Part shown: piece by piece, positions 1 to 10,127 of the stretch
Numbering within the stretch: position 1 is the first letter of the stretch
How the letters are laid out: each line of letters starts with the position of its first letter
Source: Armatimonadota bacterium
GTDB taxonomy: Bacteria; Armatimonadota; UBA5829; DSUL01
Reading direction: 5' to 3'
Length of the DNA: 64,000 bases
NCBI GenBank assembly: GCA_025998755.1
Contig: AP024674.1
Span: 1,936,162 to 2,000,161 of the forward strand
The notes under the pieces: model-generated
The model's database searches: none
Told to the model about the DNA's origin: nothing
What the model saw: only the letters and a program-made list of their open reading frames with translations
Program-made: the position numbers and the translations under genes

Positions 1-1660
1 CCAGGCTGTCCACCCGCAGCCTCACCATCCGCTCAACGCCATAGCGCTCCGCGAAGTTCAGGAGCAGCACCCCAGTTCTCCCGGTGGCCTCATCCACTGC
101 GGCGAGCACTGCAAGCTCCGGATCATTCAGATCGCAAGGGACAGCCCGGCGGGGAAGCATGGCCAGAAGCCGGGCAGCATTGAACACGGCTTTTGGCCGC
201 CCTGAACCCAGAAGCATCCCCCATTCTCCCTTGAACTCGTCGGACCCGCCGAAGTCCATCGCCAGAAAGAAACACGGCTTGGCGATTCCCGCCGGCATCA
301 TTCCCCGCAGCAAGGAGTTGACCATCCAGGCCGCCCCGATTTCGTTGTCCTGCGGCCAGTCGTGCCACCAGGAGTAATTCCACTCGGTGACCATGAACTC
401 CCGCACGCCGCGAGCCGCGCGGGGATAGTCCTTCAAGTATTGCCGCGTCACCTCGGCCTCCTCGCGGAAGATGCCGGGCGGGTGAAAATATTCGTGCCAG
501 GAGATGAAATCGAGCGGGGCGCCCGTCTTCTCGCAGTGCTCCAGGAGACCCCTCATGTATGTCTCTCCATTGACCGCATATCCCCGCTCCGGGGAGGCGT
601 CCCAGGGACCGCTTGCGTTGCAGGGACCGCCGATCAACGCCTCCGGGTCCGCCCGGCGCACACCCTTCCAGGTGGCGTCATACAGTCTGAGATACGTCTG
701 GAGGGGAGTGAGGCCGGGAGCGGCTTTCAGCCAGCCGCTGTTAGCTTCGTTCCAGACCTCCCAGTAGCGGATGCGCCGTCCGGATTCCCGCGCGTGCCGG
801 GCCGCCTGATAGCAGAGCTCCTCCCACTCAGCGAAATCCGCCGGCGGGGCGTGGCGGTCCGGATCGGGGATAGCCTCCAGAGCCTGAGGCATATAAGAGG
901 CGCAGGCGATGAACTCACACTCCAGCTTTTCCATGAACTCCAGGCGGCGGTCCAGGTCGCTCCAGTCGTACACCAGCCTGCCGTTGCCGTCCCGGCGCAC
1001 GGCGTTGGTGAGGATGTTGTCCATGCGGAACCAACGCACTCCGATCTGCCGGAAGCGGGCGGCGATCTCGTCGCTGTATACCGGCAGACCCGCTCCCTGA
1101 CTCAGCCCGATGAGACCATCCGGCAGACGCCCGGACCGGTGCGAGGCGTCCAGCCGGATGAGCGTCCGCTCCTGCGCCCGCCTGCGCTCCACAATCGTGA
1201 AGTCAGCTTCGCTCAGCGACTGCTCCTTGCCTGCGTCCTGCACATCCCGGAATACGCGGATGGCGACGGGCACGGTCTGCCCGGCTCTGGCAGAACGCGA
1301 CAGTAGCGCCATCCCGGCGTGGTCGTTGTCGTAGCGGCTCTGCAGGCGTCCGTTGACGTAAATCTCGCCGCCGAAGTCCGAATTCAGCTTCAGTCCGACA
1401 GCGCGTCCTTCGACGTCCGTGCCATCCACTTGAGGGGGGATGACAACATCTGCTCTGAGCCACGCGCCCTGGTCGCTTCCCCGGAACGGCTCTTTCAGGC
1501 GCACGCAGCGCCAGCCCTCCTGCGCGCAGACTTGTTTCAGGCTCTTTCCGCCGTCGGTATGCAGCAGCCAGGAATCCCAGCTCCCGGAATCGGCCAGACC
1601 CGGCACGGACACAATGAGCGCCACGGCGGCCATCAGGGCCACTCTGGTGCCACTTCTCAT
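1..1660 (-). CDS. Secreted glycoside hydrolase family 39-like protein (clan GH-A), runs off the left edge
   Basis: Absent from the ORF track because it is open at the edge. Manual translation from ATG 1660 (AAGGAG upstream): signal peptide MRSGTRVALMAAVALIVSVPGLA, YDWSDLD, acid/base motif WEVWNE, IGGP, LDFISWHEY, nucleophile motif MVTEWN. Confidence 0.8.
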   Translation of the reverse strand, partial: MRSGTRVALMAAVALIVSVPGLADSGSWDSWLLHTDGGKSLKQVCAQEGWRCVRLKEPFRGSDQGAWLRADVVIPPQVDGTDVEGRAVGLKLNSDFGGEIYVNGRLQSRYDNDHAGMALLSRSARAGQTVPVAIRVFRDVQDAGKEQSLSEADFTIVERRRAQERTLIRLDASHRSGRLPDGLIGLSQGAGLPVYSDEIAARFRQIGVRWFRMDNILTNAVRRDGNGRLVYDWSDLDRRLEFMEKLECEFIACASYMPQALEAIPDPDRHAPPADFAEWEELCYQAARHARESGRRIRYWEVWNEANSGWLKAAPGLTPLQTYLRLYDATWKGVRRADPEALIGGPCNASGPWDASPERGYAVNGETYMRGLLEHCEKTGAPLDFISWHEYFHPPGIFREEAEVTRQYLKDYPRAARGVREFMVTEWNYSWWHDWPQDNEIGAAWMVNSLLRGMMPAGIAKPCFFLAMDFGGSDEFKGEWGMLLGSGRPKAVFNAARLLAMLPRRAVPCDLNDPELAVLAAVDEATGRTGVLLLNFAERYGVERMVRLRVDSL

Positions 1661-1740
1661 CCGCCACACTCCTTCGCGCGCCGTCCGGGCTCGCCCGCAG
1701 GATGCGAGCAGCCGGCGGCGCACCCTCTAAAGTTGGACGC

Positions 1741-1784
1741 AAAAGAAAAGCCCTCCTGCCCCGGGGGACTTCAGGGCAGGAGGG
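1741..1784 (-). terminator. Rho-independent terminator
   Basis: CCCTCCTGCCC / GGGCAGGAGGG stem followed by TTTTCTTTT on the minus strand, downstream of the small Cys-rich ORF. Confidence 0.75.
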
Positions 1785-1844
1785 TGGCGTGTCCGGAGTT
1801 ACGGAGGGATGGTGCTGAGAGAAAAGACTGGCGGGCGATGCCCT

Positions 1845-2036
1845 TCAGGCGGCGTGAATCGCCCTCGGCACAGACTTGGGACGGCTGTCGGCGTCCACCT
1901 CCAGTTCTCCGCTGGGACCGATGGCGACCACCCCGCTGGAAGGAGGAGCATTGCTGCATTCCCGGCACACCCAAATAGCGAGATGCTTCAGGTGCTCCGG
2001 AACGTTCTCGATGGGCCTACCGCACTTGCAGATCAT
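1845..2036 (-). CDS. Small putative zinc-ribbon protein (63 aa)
   Basis: MICKCGRPIENVPEHLKHLAIWVCRECS, a CxC...CxxC pattern; followed by a terminator. Start moved to ATG 2036. Confidence 0.55.
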   Translation of the reverse strand: MICKCGRPIENVPEHLKHLAIWVCRECSNAPPSSGVVAIGPSGELEVDADSRPKSVPRAIHAA

Positions 2037-2201
2037 CTCTGGAGAAACCCCCGACTCTGCTTCCGGATCCCTCCGGCGCACGGGGCGGCCGGGGTCCTTC
2101 GGCGAAATGCGTCCACTGGGGTTGTCCCACAGCCAAGGCAAGGAGCGGTCCCGGTAATAATACGGGAATTGGCGGAGCGGGGCCCGGATGCGCTTCTGGA
2201 G

Positions 2202-3209
2202 CTACTCGTCTTTCCAGGTGCGCGCCATGAGATTTCGCAGCGCCTGCTCCGGAGACCGGCCCTCGAACAGCGTGGCGTGGATCTCAGCGCAGATGGGAAC
2301 ATCCACGCCGGTCTGCTCCGCCAGCTTCATAACGGCCCGGGTGGTGGGCACGCCCTCCGCGACCTGGGAGATCTCGGCAAGCGCCTCATCCAGGCTCCGG
2401 CCCTGTCCCAGAGCCAGCCCCACGCGCAGGTTGCGGCTGAGGCGGCTGGAGGCGGTCGCGATGAGGTCCCCCACCCCGGACAGTCCGCTGAACGTGGAAG
2501 ATCGTGCTCCCAGAGCCTCCCCCAGGCGCATCATCTCGGCGAGTCCCCGCGTGAGCAGCGCGGCCTTGGCGTTGTCGCCGAAGCCCATCCCATCGCAGAT
2601 GCCGGCTCCGATGGCCATCACGTTCTTCAGCGCGCCGCCCAGCTCCACACCGATGACGTCCGGACTGGTGTACAGACGGAACGTGGGCCCTCCCAACACC
2701 ACGCGGCAGAAGCGCGCCACCTCCGCATCGGTCGAGGCGATGACTCCGGCCGTCGGTGCCCCCGCCGCAAGCTCCACGGCGAGGTTGGGGCCGGACAGAG
2801 CAGCCAGCGACTCACGGCATTCCGGGATGACATCCCCAATGACCTGCGTTAGCCGCCTCCCGGTCTCGCTGTCAAGCCCCTTGGACGCGCTGACGATATA
2901 GGCCCCCGGCTTCACCACTCCGGCCAGGAGCTCCGTGACTTCCGCCACGGCGTAAGAAGGAACGGCCACAATGATGACATCCGCTCCCCCGGCCGCCTCC
3001 TCCATATCCGCGGTGACGATTAGATCATCCTCAAACGGAAAACCGGGAAGATAACGGCGGTTCTCCCGAACGGTCTGGAGCTCATCCGCCATCTCCGCGT
3101 TCCGCGCCCAGAGGAAGACCTCGCATCCACTGCCACACATGATGCGCGCCAACGCCGTGCCCCAGCTTCCCGCCCCGATCACTGCAAGCTTCAGTTCGCC
3201 TTCAGACAT
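2202..3209 (-). CDS. gpsA: NAD(P)H-dependent glycerol-3-phosphate dehydrogenase
   Basis: GAGSWGTALA, SKG, SGPNLA, GGALKNV, GDNAKAAL, GDLIAT..S..SRN motifs. Confidence 0.97.
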   Translation of the reverse strand: MSEGELKLAVIGAGSWGTALARIMCGSGCEVFLWARNAEMADELQTVRENRRYLPGFPFEDDLIVTADMEEAAGGADVIIVAVPSYAVAEVTELLAGVVKPGAYIVSASKGLDSETGRRLTQVIGDVIPECRESLAALSGPNLAVELAAGAPTAGVIASTDAEVARFCRVVLGGPTFRLYTSPDVIGVELGGALKNVMAIGAGICDGMGFGDNAKAALLTRGLAEMMRLGEALGARSSTFSGLSGVGDLIATASSRLSRNLRVGLALGQGRSLDEALAEISQVAEGVPTTRAVMKLAEQTGVDVPICAEIHATLFEGRSPEQALRNLMARTWKDE

Positions 3210-3229
3210 CCCCGACTTCCAGACCCCGT

Positions 3230-3856
3230 CTATTCGTCCAGCGGGCGCCAGAAGTTAGCCAGCGCCCATCCCGCAATCCCCGCCAGATACGCCAGTCCCA
3301 TGACATCCGCCCCTGTGAACAGCCCTGCCCGGCGCAGCGCCTCCCCGGCCTCCGGAGCCCTGGCATACGCCATCAGAAGCACGACCCCAGAATGAACCAC
3401 CAGCAACCCGAAAGGCGTCAGAGCATCCCGCCGGCCCGTCACCAGGAAGATGACCACGAACACCACCGCAGCAGAGAGCGGACCAAACATCAGCGCCAGA
3501 GGCACAGAAAGCCCCACCGGCGCAAGGCGTTCGTCCACACTCTGCACCAGCTGATATACCGACAGAAAGAAGCACGCCGTCAGCGACGCGCAGGCCGCCG
3601 CCACAGGCAGCGGAACGGCGGTCCATCGAGTCCAGGCAACGCCAAGCGCCATCAGCGGCAGGACCACGGAAGCAAACCGCTCCAGCCTCTCCGGCAGCGG
3701 GGCGATGAACGCCGGGGCCGCCTGATCCTCATCATCCGCTGCGCCCTGCGGGGTGGGCGGTGGCGGCGCGGGGGGAGGCACGATCATCCGTCGGCACCAC
3801 GAGCACTGATGCTCGTCCTCCGATTCCATCCCGCACCACTGGCAGACGACGGACAC
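3230..3856 (-). CDS. Hypothetical membrane protein with N-terminal CxxC...CxxC zinc ribbon and Pro-rich linker
   Basis: GTG 3856 directly after the upstream stop; CQWC...CSWC, PPPAPPPPTP, then several hydrophobic segments. Confidence 0.7.
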   Translation of the reverse strand: MSVVCQWCGMESEDEHQCSWCRRMIVPPPAPPPPTPQGAADDEDQAAPAFIAPLPERLERFASVVLPLMALGVAWTRWTAVPLPVAAACASLTACFFLSVYQLVQSVDERLAPVGLSVPLALMFGPLSAAVVFVVIFLVTGRRDALTPFGLLVVHSGVVLLMAYARAPEAGEALRRAGLFTGADVMGLAYLAGIAGWALANFWRPLDE

Positions 3857-3857
3857 T

Positions 3858-4448
3858 CTACGGGAGCTCCATCTGACGCACCACGCGGTCCAGAAGGGGA
3901 GCGACCCGACCCCAGATTCGGGCAGGGCACTCCCCCTGTACACTCCATACCCACTGCTTGCCGATGCAGGTATGCCGGAAACCCCTCACCTTCTGCCCGC
4001 CGCGTATGGCGGAATAGAAGCTGAGCAGACTCTCCTGCCCCAGAGCGCCGGACCCAACCGGCTTTCCCTCGCTGAAGCGCTGCAATCCCCGGCGGGCCAC
4101 CGGCTGGAGCGCCCGGTGCGCACGCTGCAGAGGCGTCTGGATAACATCCGCTCCCTCTTCCGGCGCCTCAGACACGGCCTTCAGCACCGGGCTGCCCGAA
4201 ACCTCCATCCGGACGCCTCCGGGACCTTCCATAACCACCCGGAAATCCGGCCCGCGAGAGGACGCACTGAGCTTCCAGTTGCCGGGATGAGTGATGCGTA
4301 CGTGGCCGCCGTCCAGGTCGGTCTGCCAGACGCGCCGCGATACCCCCGCGGGATCCAGCCGGGCAAGCACTGTGTATGCGGCGAGTTGTCCGACAATGGC
4401 CACCGCTCCCGCCATCGCCAGGGCCGTCCGCACCGCTCGCCCGCTCAT
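3858..4448 (-). CDS. Hypothetical exported or membrane-anchored protein
   Basis: 196-aa ORF with an N-terminal hydrophobic helix, co-oriented between gatB and the next gene with short spacers. Confidence 0.6.
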   Translation of the reverse strand: MSGRAVRTALAMAGAVAIVGQLAAYTVLARLDPAGVSRRVWQTDLDGGHVRITHPGNWKLSASSRGPDFRVVMEGPGGVRMEVSGSPVLKAVSEAPEEGADVIQTPLQRAHRALQPVARRGLQRFSEGKPVGSGALGQESLLSFYSAIRGGQKVRGFRHTCIGKQWVWSVQGECPARIWGRVAPLLDRVVRQMELP

Positions 4449-4467
4449 GCCGGGCGGTCCTGCCGCC

Positions 4468-5958
4468 TCAGCCGGCGCCCAGCTCGCGGCGGAGCAATTC
4501 GTTCACAAGGCGCGGGTTGGCGCGTCCCCCCGTCTCCTTCATGACCTGCCCCACCAGGAATCCGATGGATTTCTCTTTTCCTCCCCGCACATCCGCCGCC
4601 ACACGCTCGTTCCCGGCGATAACCTTACGGACCACAGACAGGATGGCCTCCTCATCCGAGATCTGCGTCTGCCCGCTCGCCTCCACGATCTGGCCGGGAT
4701 CCCTCCCGGTGCGGAACATCTCCTCGAAAACTCCCTTGGCGATCTTCCCGCTGATTGTCCCGTCGTCTATAAGGCGGACAAGCGAGGCTAGCTGAGCGGG
4801 GCGAACCTTGCACGACTGAATGCCTTCTCCGGCCTGGTTCAGCAACCGCAGCAGTTCGGACAGCACCCAGTTGGCGATGGGCTTCGGGTCGCCGTAGTCG
4901 CGCGCCGCCTCCTCGAACCAGTCCGCGATGGCCTTCTCCGATGTCAGAGTAGCCGCATCGGCGCGAGAAAGCCCCATCTCCTCGAACCGCCGCCGGCGCT
5001 GCAGCGGTAGTTCGGGAAGCTCGCGGCGCAACTGCTCCAGCTGCGCTTCCTCGAACCGAAAAGGCAGAAGATCCGGCTCTGGGAAGTAACGATACTCCTG
5101 CTCCAGTTCCTTTCCGCGCATGGGAGCGGTGACTTCGTTCTCCTCATCCCAGCGGCGCGTCTCATGGACCACCACTCCACCGCTCCGGATGGTCTCGATC
5201 TGCCGGCGGATTTCGTATTCCAGCCCCCGGTACACCGAACGGAAGGAATTGAGGTTCTTCAGCTCGGTACGGGTGCCATACTCCCGGGACCCGGCAGGCC
5301 GGACCGATACATTCGGCTCACAGCGCAGAGACCCTTCCTCCATCTTGCCATCGCAGACCCCGAGATACAGCAGGATCTGACGAAGCTGCATGATGTACTC
5401 ACGCGCCTCGTAAGCCGTGTTGATCTGATCGAAGCCGGGCCGCGGATCGTGCTCCGTGACGATCTCCATCAGCGGGACGCCGCTACGGTTGTAGTCCACC
5501 TCGCTCTCAGAAGGGGAGGAGTGCAGCAGTTTGCCTGTATCCTCCTCCAAGTGCACCCGGCGTATCCCAATGCGCTTGACTGTGCCGTCTTCCGTCTCGA
5601 TCTCAATCCAGCCTCGGACGCCGATGGGGGTGTCGCCGTACTGGGAGATCTGATAGCCCTTGGGGAGGTCCGGATAGAAGTAGTTCTTTCGGTGGAAGAA
5701 GGTCTCCCGGTTGATCTCGCAGTTCAGCGCCATGGCGGCGCGAACCACGAACTCCACGGCCTGCCGGTTCGCCACCGGAAGGGACCCGGGCAGCCCCAGG
5801 CACACCGGACAGCAGCGCGTGTTCGGTTCGCCGCCGAACTCGGCGCTGCAGGAGCAAAACATCTTGCTGCGGGTCAGAAGCTCGGCATGGACCTCCATGC
5901 CGATGACGGCTTCGAACCCGCTCTCCGCAATATCAACAGCCAAATTCGTCTCCGCCAA
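4468..5958 (-). CDS. gatB: Asp/Glu-tRNA amidotransferase subunit B
   Basis: [56 protein letters not shown]. Start probably TTG 5958 (track gives 5979). Confidence 0.97.
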   Translation of the reverse strand: MAETNLAVDIAESGFEAVIGMEVHAELLTRSKMFCSCSAEFGGEPNTRCCPVCLGLPGSLPVANRQAVEFVVRAAMALNCEINRETFFHRKNYFYPDLPKGYQISQYGDTPIGVRGWIEIETEDGTVKRIGIRRVHLEEDTGKLLHSSPSESEVDYNRSGVPLMEIVTEHDPRPGFDQINTAYEAREYIMQLRQILLYLGVCDGKMEEGSLRCEPNVSVRPAGSREYGTRTELKNLNSFRSVYRGLEYEIRRQIETIRSGGVVVHETRRWDEENEVTAPMRGKELEQEYRYFPEPDLLPFRFEEAQLEQLRRELPELPLQRRRRFEEMGLSRADAATLTSEKAIADWFEEAARDYGDPKPIANWVLSELLRLLNQAGEGIQSCKVRPAQLASLVRLIDDGTISGKIAKGVFEEMFRTGRDPGQIVEASGQTQISDEEAILSVVRKVIAGNERVAADVRGGKEKSIGFLVGQVMKETGGRANPRLVNELLRRELGAG

Positions 5959-5983
5959 TCTGAAATCCACCTGCCGCACCCGA

Positions 5984-7444
5984 CTATATGGCGGGCCGGA
6001 GGCGATGGAATTCGGTGGCCTGCTCGAAGGTGTAGGCCGCGCGCAGCATGGTTTCCTCGTCGAATGGCCGGGCCATGATCTGCATTCCCACGGGAAGACC
6101 GTCCACCAGCCCGCAGGGCAGGCTGAGCGCCGGAATGCCCGCCAGATTCACCGGGATGGTGCAGACATCGGCCAGCTTCATCTGGAAGGGATCGTCCGCG
6201 CGCTCGCCCACTGCGAAGGCAGGCGTGGGCGATGTGGGTGTCAGCAGCACATCGCACTCCTGAAAGGCCCGGTCGAAGTCGCGTCGCAGAAGGGTGCGCA
6301 CCTGCTGGGCTTTCAGGTAATAGGCATCGTAGTATCCGGCCGAAAGCGCGTAGGTCCCGATCATGATGCGCTGTTTGACCTCCGCACCAAAACCCTCCGC
6401 GCGCGAGCGCATGAACATATCCACGTGGTCCGAAGCTGCGCCGGAGCGGTGGCCGTAACGCACTCCGTCGTAGCGCGCCAGGTTGGAGCTGGCCTCCGCC
6501 GGCGCGATGATGTAGTAGACCGGGAGCGCGTAGCCCACGTTGGGCATGGAGATTTCCCGGATCTTCGCGCCCGCTTTCTCCAGCACCCGGGCCCCTTCCT
6601 GCACGGCCTGGGCCACGTCTTCCCGCACACCCTGAGCGAAGAACTCCCGCGGCAGCCCCACCGTCATGCCCTGCACATCCCGCACGAGAGCCTGTGTGAA
6701 GTCCGGCGATTCGCCGGGATAGCTGGTGGAGTCCAGAGGATCGTGCCCGCAGATGATGTTCAACACCAGCGCAGCGTCCCTGACATCACGCGTGAGCGGG
6801 CCAATCTGGTCCAGACTGGAAGCATAAGCCACCAGTCCGTACCGCGACACCCGGCCGTATGTGGGTTTCACACCCACAATCCCGCAGAAGGAGGCCGGCT
6901 GGCGAATGGACCCCCCGGTATCTGAGCCGAGGGCATAGAACACCTGTCCCGCAGCCACCGCAGCCGCAGACCCTCCGCTCGAGCCGCCAGGCACTGTGGA
7001 GGTGTTCCAGGGATTGCGCGTCACCTTGAATGCGGAATTCTCTGTGGAGGACCCCATCGCGAACTCGTCCAGGTTTGTCTTGCCGCAGATGACCCCTCCC
7101 CGGTCCAGAATGCGCTGGACGGCGGTGGCATTGTAGGGAGGCTCCCATCCCTCCAGGATGCGCGAGGCGCAGGTGCAGGGCACGCCCTTCAGGCACATAT
7201 TGTCCTTCACCGCAGCCGGCACCCCTGCCAGCGGGTCGGGAAAGGCGGCCGGGTTGGCATCGAAACGCGCGGCTGCCTCCATAGCTATCTCTTCGGTTAG
7301 AGCCAGAAACGCCGAAAGCGACGGCTCCAGCGCGGCGATGCGCTCCAGGCAGGCGCGTGTCAGATCGCGGGCAGAGATGCGGCCCGAACGGAGCGCTTCG
7401 GATGCCTGCCAGGCGGTCTGGATGTTTTCGATGTCGCGCGTCAT
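5984..7444 (-). CDS. gatA: Asp/Glu-tRNA amidotransferase subunit A
   Basis: Amidase signature [36 protein letters not shown]; start ATG 7444. Confidence 0.97.
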   Translation of the reverse strand: MTRDIENIQTAWQASEALRSGRISARDLTRACLERIAALEPSLSAFLALTEEIAMEAAARFDANPAAFPDPLAGVPAAVKDNMCLKGVPCTCASRILEGWEPPYNATAVQRILDRGGVICGKTNLDEFAMGSSTENSAFKVTRNPWNTSTVPGGSSGGSAAAVAAGQVFYALGSDTGGSIRQPASFCGIVGVKPTYGRVSRYGLVAYASSLDQIGPLTRDVRDAALVLNIICGHDPLDSTSYPGESPDFTQALVRDVQGMTVGLPREFFAQGVREDVAQAVQEGARVLEKAGAKIREISMPNVGYALPVYYIIAPAEASSNLARYDGVRYGHRSGAASDHVDMFMRSRAEGFGAEVKQRIMIGTYALSAGYYDAYYLKAQQVRTLLRRDFDRAFQECDVLLTPTSPTPAFAVGERADDPFQMKLADVCTIPVNLAGIPALSLPCGLVDGLPVGMQIMARPFDEETMLRAAYTFEQATEFHRLRPAI

Positions 7445-7460
7445 TGGCTCTCCTCGCCCC

Positions 7461-7775
7461 TCACTGCCCGCAGTCCTTGCCGTCCGCCGTGTCCACAACG
7501 CGGGGAACCAGGAACGCCTCGCCATTGGACCGCGGAGCGCCGCGCAGCACTTCCTCGCGATCCAGGCCGGGAAGAGCGACGTCTTCGCGGTAGACATTGA
7601 CCATCGGCAGGACGCGCTCCGTGGGTTCCACATCCGTGGTATCCAGTTCCTGGAGCGCCGCGAAGTGCTCGATGATCTGATTCAGATGGCCGGCCAGCCT
7701 GCGCAGCTCTTCCTCGGGAAGCGCCAGGCGGGCCAGGACAGCCACGTTCGAGACCTCTTCAAGGGTAAGCTTCAA
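7461..7775 (-). CDS. gatC: Asp/Glu-tRNA amidotransferase subunit C
   Basis: VAVLARL, LQELDTTDVEPT, REDV, FLVPRV; TTG 7775 with GGAGG RBS. Confidence 0.93.
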   Translation of the reverse strand: MKLTLEEVSNVAVLARLALPEEELRRLAGHLNQIIEHFAALQELDTTDVEPTERVLPMVNVYREDVALPGLDREEVLRGAPRSNGEAFLVPRVVDTADGKDCGQ

Positions 7776-7836
7776 GGAGACGAGACCTCCAGTCGCCGCA
7801 TCGGCCGTTTTGCCCTGCGGGGCGGCCCGGCGCCAC

Positions 7837-7866
7837 ATTTTAGGCAATAGACCCGGCCGGGGTCAA
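7837..7866 (-). promoter_or_regulatory. Sigma70-type promoter for gatCAB
   Basis: TTGACC-N18-TAAAAT on the minus strand, about 60 nt upstream of gatC. Confidence 0.6.
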
Positions 7867-7926
7867 GCGCGCCGGGAGCGATGCGCTGACGGGTCGGGAT
7901 ATGGGGTGAATAACGAGACAGCCCTA

Positions 7927-8024
7927 CGGTGGTTGAGCCGTCCGCCGCAGGCGGACGAGTCGAAACCACAGCTTGCAGTCTGAGGTCTTCATATGCGCGC
8001 CTGCGGCGCGCTACTCGACGAGCG
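7927..8024. repeat. Inverted pair of REP-like palindromic units
   Basis: Unit 1 (+) GGTTGAGC-CGTCCGCCGCAGGCGGACG-AGTCGAAACC; unit 2 (-) GTCGAGT-AGCGCGCCGCAGGCGCGC-ATATGAAGACC. Both carry a GCC-GCA-GGC hairpin cap. Confidence 0.6.
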
Positions 8025-8215
8025 TAGTCAGCAACCTCACCGCCCACTACGGGAGGCACTGCACCGGGCGACACGCCGTTGACGGCGTCAGGGGGGATGT
8101 GGTAGGTATCCGGTGGAAGCCGCAGCGCTTGCGGGCGCGTCTAATACACGGAAACCATCCTCCGCAAGAGCGGCGCTTCGCCGTGCGGGTGGGTGGAGAA
8201 AGGAGCCGGCTGACG

Positions 8216-8929
8216 ATGATCTCTCCCGTGAAAGCGATTGCAAGGAGATTTCTGGTTGCAGCGCTGTGTGTGGCCACGGCGCTTGCCGCCGGAGCGGCCA
8301 TCGCCGCGCCGAAGATTACGTTCGAGAACACCCAGGTGGACTTCGGCACGCTGGGGCAGGGCAAGTCAGTGGACCTGGTCTACCGTTTCCGGAACACAGG
8401 CGATCAGGAACTGACCATCGGGAACATCCACACCTCCTGCGGGTGCACGAACGCCACCGCCCTCAAGCGGTCCCTCAAGCCGGGCGAGTCCTCGGAGATC
8501 CGCGCCAAGTTCAACTCCGGCAGCTTCCGGGGCAAGATCACCAAGACGATCACCGTGGAGACCAACGACCCCGGCAACCGCGCGGTGCAGCTGATGGTGG
8601 TGGGCTATGTAAAGCCTTCCGTGGAGGTCTTTCCCCAGAGCATCAACTTCGGCACGCTGAAGAAGGGCCGCACCTTCCAGCAGACGGTGGTGCTCAAGCC
8701 GGAGAATCCCGCCAAGTTTACCATCCGCAGCGTGGATGCGCGCGCTCCGTTCATTACGGTGGGCCAGCCGCAACGCTCGAAATCCGTGCCCGGGGCGTGG
8801 GAGCTGCACGTCAAGGTTGACCCCACGGGCGTGAAGCCGGGCCGCATCTACGAGATGATCCAGATCCGCACGGACCTGACCGTCCAGCCACTGGTGGTGG
8901 TACGCGTCATCGGGTCGGTGGTGGAGTAG
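8216..8929 (+). CDS. Secreted DUF1573 (Ig-like) domain protein
   Basis: AAAGGAG RBS before ATG 8216; signal peptide; DFG...FRNTGDQELTI..IHTSCGCT...LKPGES. Confidence 0.85.
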   Translation: MISPVKAIARRFLVAALCVATALAAGAAIAAPKITFENTQVDFGTLGQGKSVDLVYRFRNTGDQELTIGNIHTSCGCTNATALKRSLKPGESSEIRAKFNSGSFRGKITKTITVETNDPGNRAVQLMVVGYVKPSVEVFPQSINFGTLKKGRTFQQTVVLKPENPAKFTIRSVDARAPFITVGQPQRSKSVPGAWELHVKVDPTGVKPGRIYEMIQIRTDLTVQPLVVVRVIGSVVE

Positions 8930-8942
8930 GCCGGCCGGGCCC

Positions 8943-9419
8943 TTGGAGATGAACAGCCGCGTCCGCTCCACCCTTGCCGGAGCTGCCGGCATTGTTCTGG
9001 TCTCGGTGATTCTGGCGGTGGCAGTGACGTCCGCTCTGCCGGGAGGTGTGCCGGTCCTAAGCCCTCCGCCTTCTCCACCGGGCGAGCCACTGGACTTCGT
9101 CCAGGTATGGGAGGCGTTCGATCGCAAAGATGCGACCTTCATTGATGCTCGGCCTGCAGATGAATACGAGTATGGCCATATCCCGGGAGCCCTGAACGTC
9201 CCGCTTCTTGAGCGCGACCGGCATCTGCCGGCGCTGCGCCGCGAGATCCCGCCGGACCGCAAGATCATCGTCTATTGTGATGGCGAGGAGTGTGAGGCAT
9301 CGGAGAAACTCAGCGCGTGGCTTAAGGATCGGGGATGGAAGAAGGTCTATGTCTTCACGGACGGTTATCCCTCCTGGCTGGCGGCGGGGATGGAGATTGC
9401 GAAGGGGGAATCGCCGTGA
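8943..9419 (+). CDS. Membrane-anchored rhodanese-like protein
   Basis: IDAR..EYEYGHIPGALNVP, IVYCDGEEC, GYPSW. Confidence 0.9.
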   Translation: MEMNSRVRSTLAGAAGIVLVSVILAVAVTSALPGGVPVLSPPPSPPGEPLDFVQVWEAFDRKDATFIDARPADEYEYGHIPGALNVPLLERDRHLPALRREIPPDRKIIVYCDGEECEASEKLSAWLKDRGWKKVYVFTDGYPSWLAAGMEIAKGESP

Positions 9420-9913
9420 TGTTCCCGCATCGGGTCCGTCAAACGCTTGCCATTGGCGGCAGGCTCGCGCTGGGAGCCGTCTTCATCTACGCAAGTTACG
9501 ACAAGCTGAACGGCTCACAACTGTTTGTGGATGCGGTGGAGAACTACCGCATACTCCCGCGGATGTTGCTCTATCCGTTCGCCGTCATCCTGCCGTGGGT
9601 GCAGCTCGTGACCGGTGTCTGTCTGGTGGCGGGCGCACTGGTGCCGGGGGCCGCGCTGGTGTCCGCCGGCCTGTACGCAATGTTCATGGCTGCGATGGCC
9701 AGCGCCATCATCCGCGGGCTGGACATAAGCTGCGGGTGCTTCAATCTGACCGACGAGGGGCAGCGTGTGGCCTGGGGGTCCCTCTGGCCGAGAGCGCTGG
9801 GAATGATCGCCAGTATCTATGTGATGGCGGCGTCAAACGAACTTGAATGGCCCCTTTCCCGGCTTGTTGGCTCGGGGAAGGGAAACGGGAAGGAGACTTC
9901 TGAATGCAGGTGA
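9416..9913 (+). CDS. MauE/DoxX family membrane protein
   Basis: RLALGAVFIYASYDK, F...VENYRILP, RGLDISCGCF; GTGA overlap with the rhodanese stop. Confidence 0.88.
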   Translation: MMFPHRVRQTLAIGGRLALGAVFIYASYDKLNGSQLFVDAVENYRILPRMLLYPFAVILPWVQLVTGVCLVAGALVPGAALVSAGLYAMFMAAMASAIIRGLDISCGCFNLTDEGQRVAWGSLWPRALGMIASIYVMAASNELEWPLSRLVGSGKGNGKETSECR

Positions 9914-10086
9914 CCTGCCCTGTGTGCTGGCACTCGGTGGTGACGGTGGCCACTTGCCAGTCGTGCGGGTTCCAGCAATGCCTTGAATACGAAGGCCCGG
10001 TGTGCAAAGTGTGTGGCGGCGTGTGTCGTGCCGACGCAAAGAGGGAGGAGGCAACTGCCGCGGCATCCGGGACCGAGGCGGCCTGA
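9904..10086 (+). CDS. Small Cys-rich (8 Cys) putative zinc-finger protein
   Basis: AAGGAG RBS; CPVC, CQSC and CKVC motifs; overlaps the end of the MauE gene. Confidence 0.65.
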   Translation: MQVTCPVCWHSVVTVATCQSCGFQQCLEYEGPVCKVCGGVCRADAKREEATAAASGTEAA

Positions 10087-10127
10087 GACTGCCGAAACAC
10101 CTTCAGTTGCCACGAAGGGGGGCGAAG

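Noticed and set aside
7880..8040. Fragments resembling the c-di-AMP (ydaO) riboswitch (TGGGGTGAAT; CCCGACCCGTCAGC)
   Set aside because: The two best fragments lie on opposite strands and the 5' conserved elements are missing; the REP-like units explain much of the region. An Rfam cmscan would settle it.
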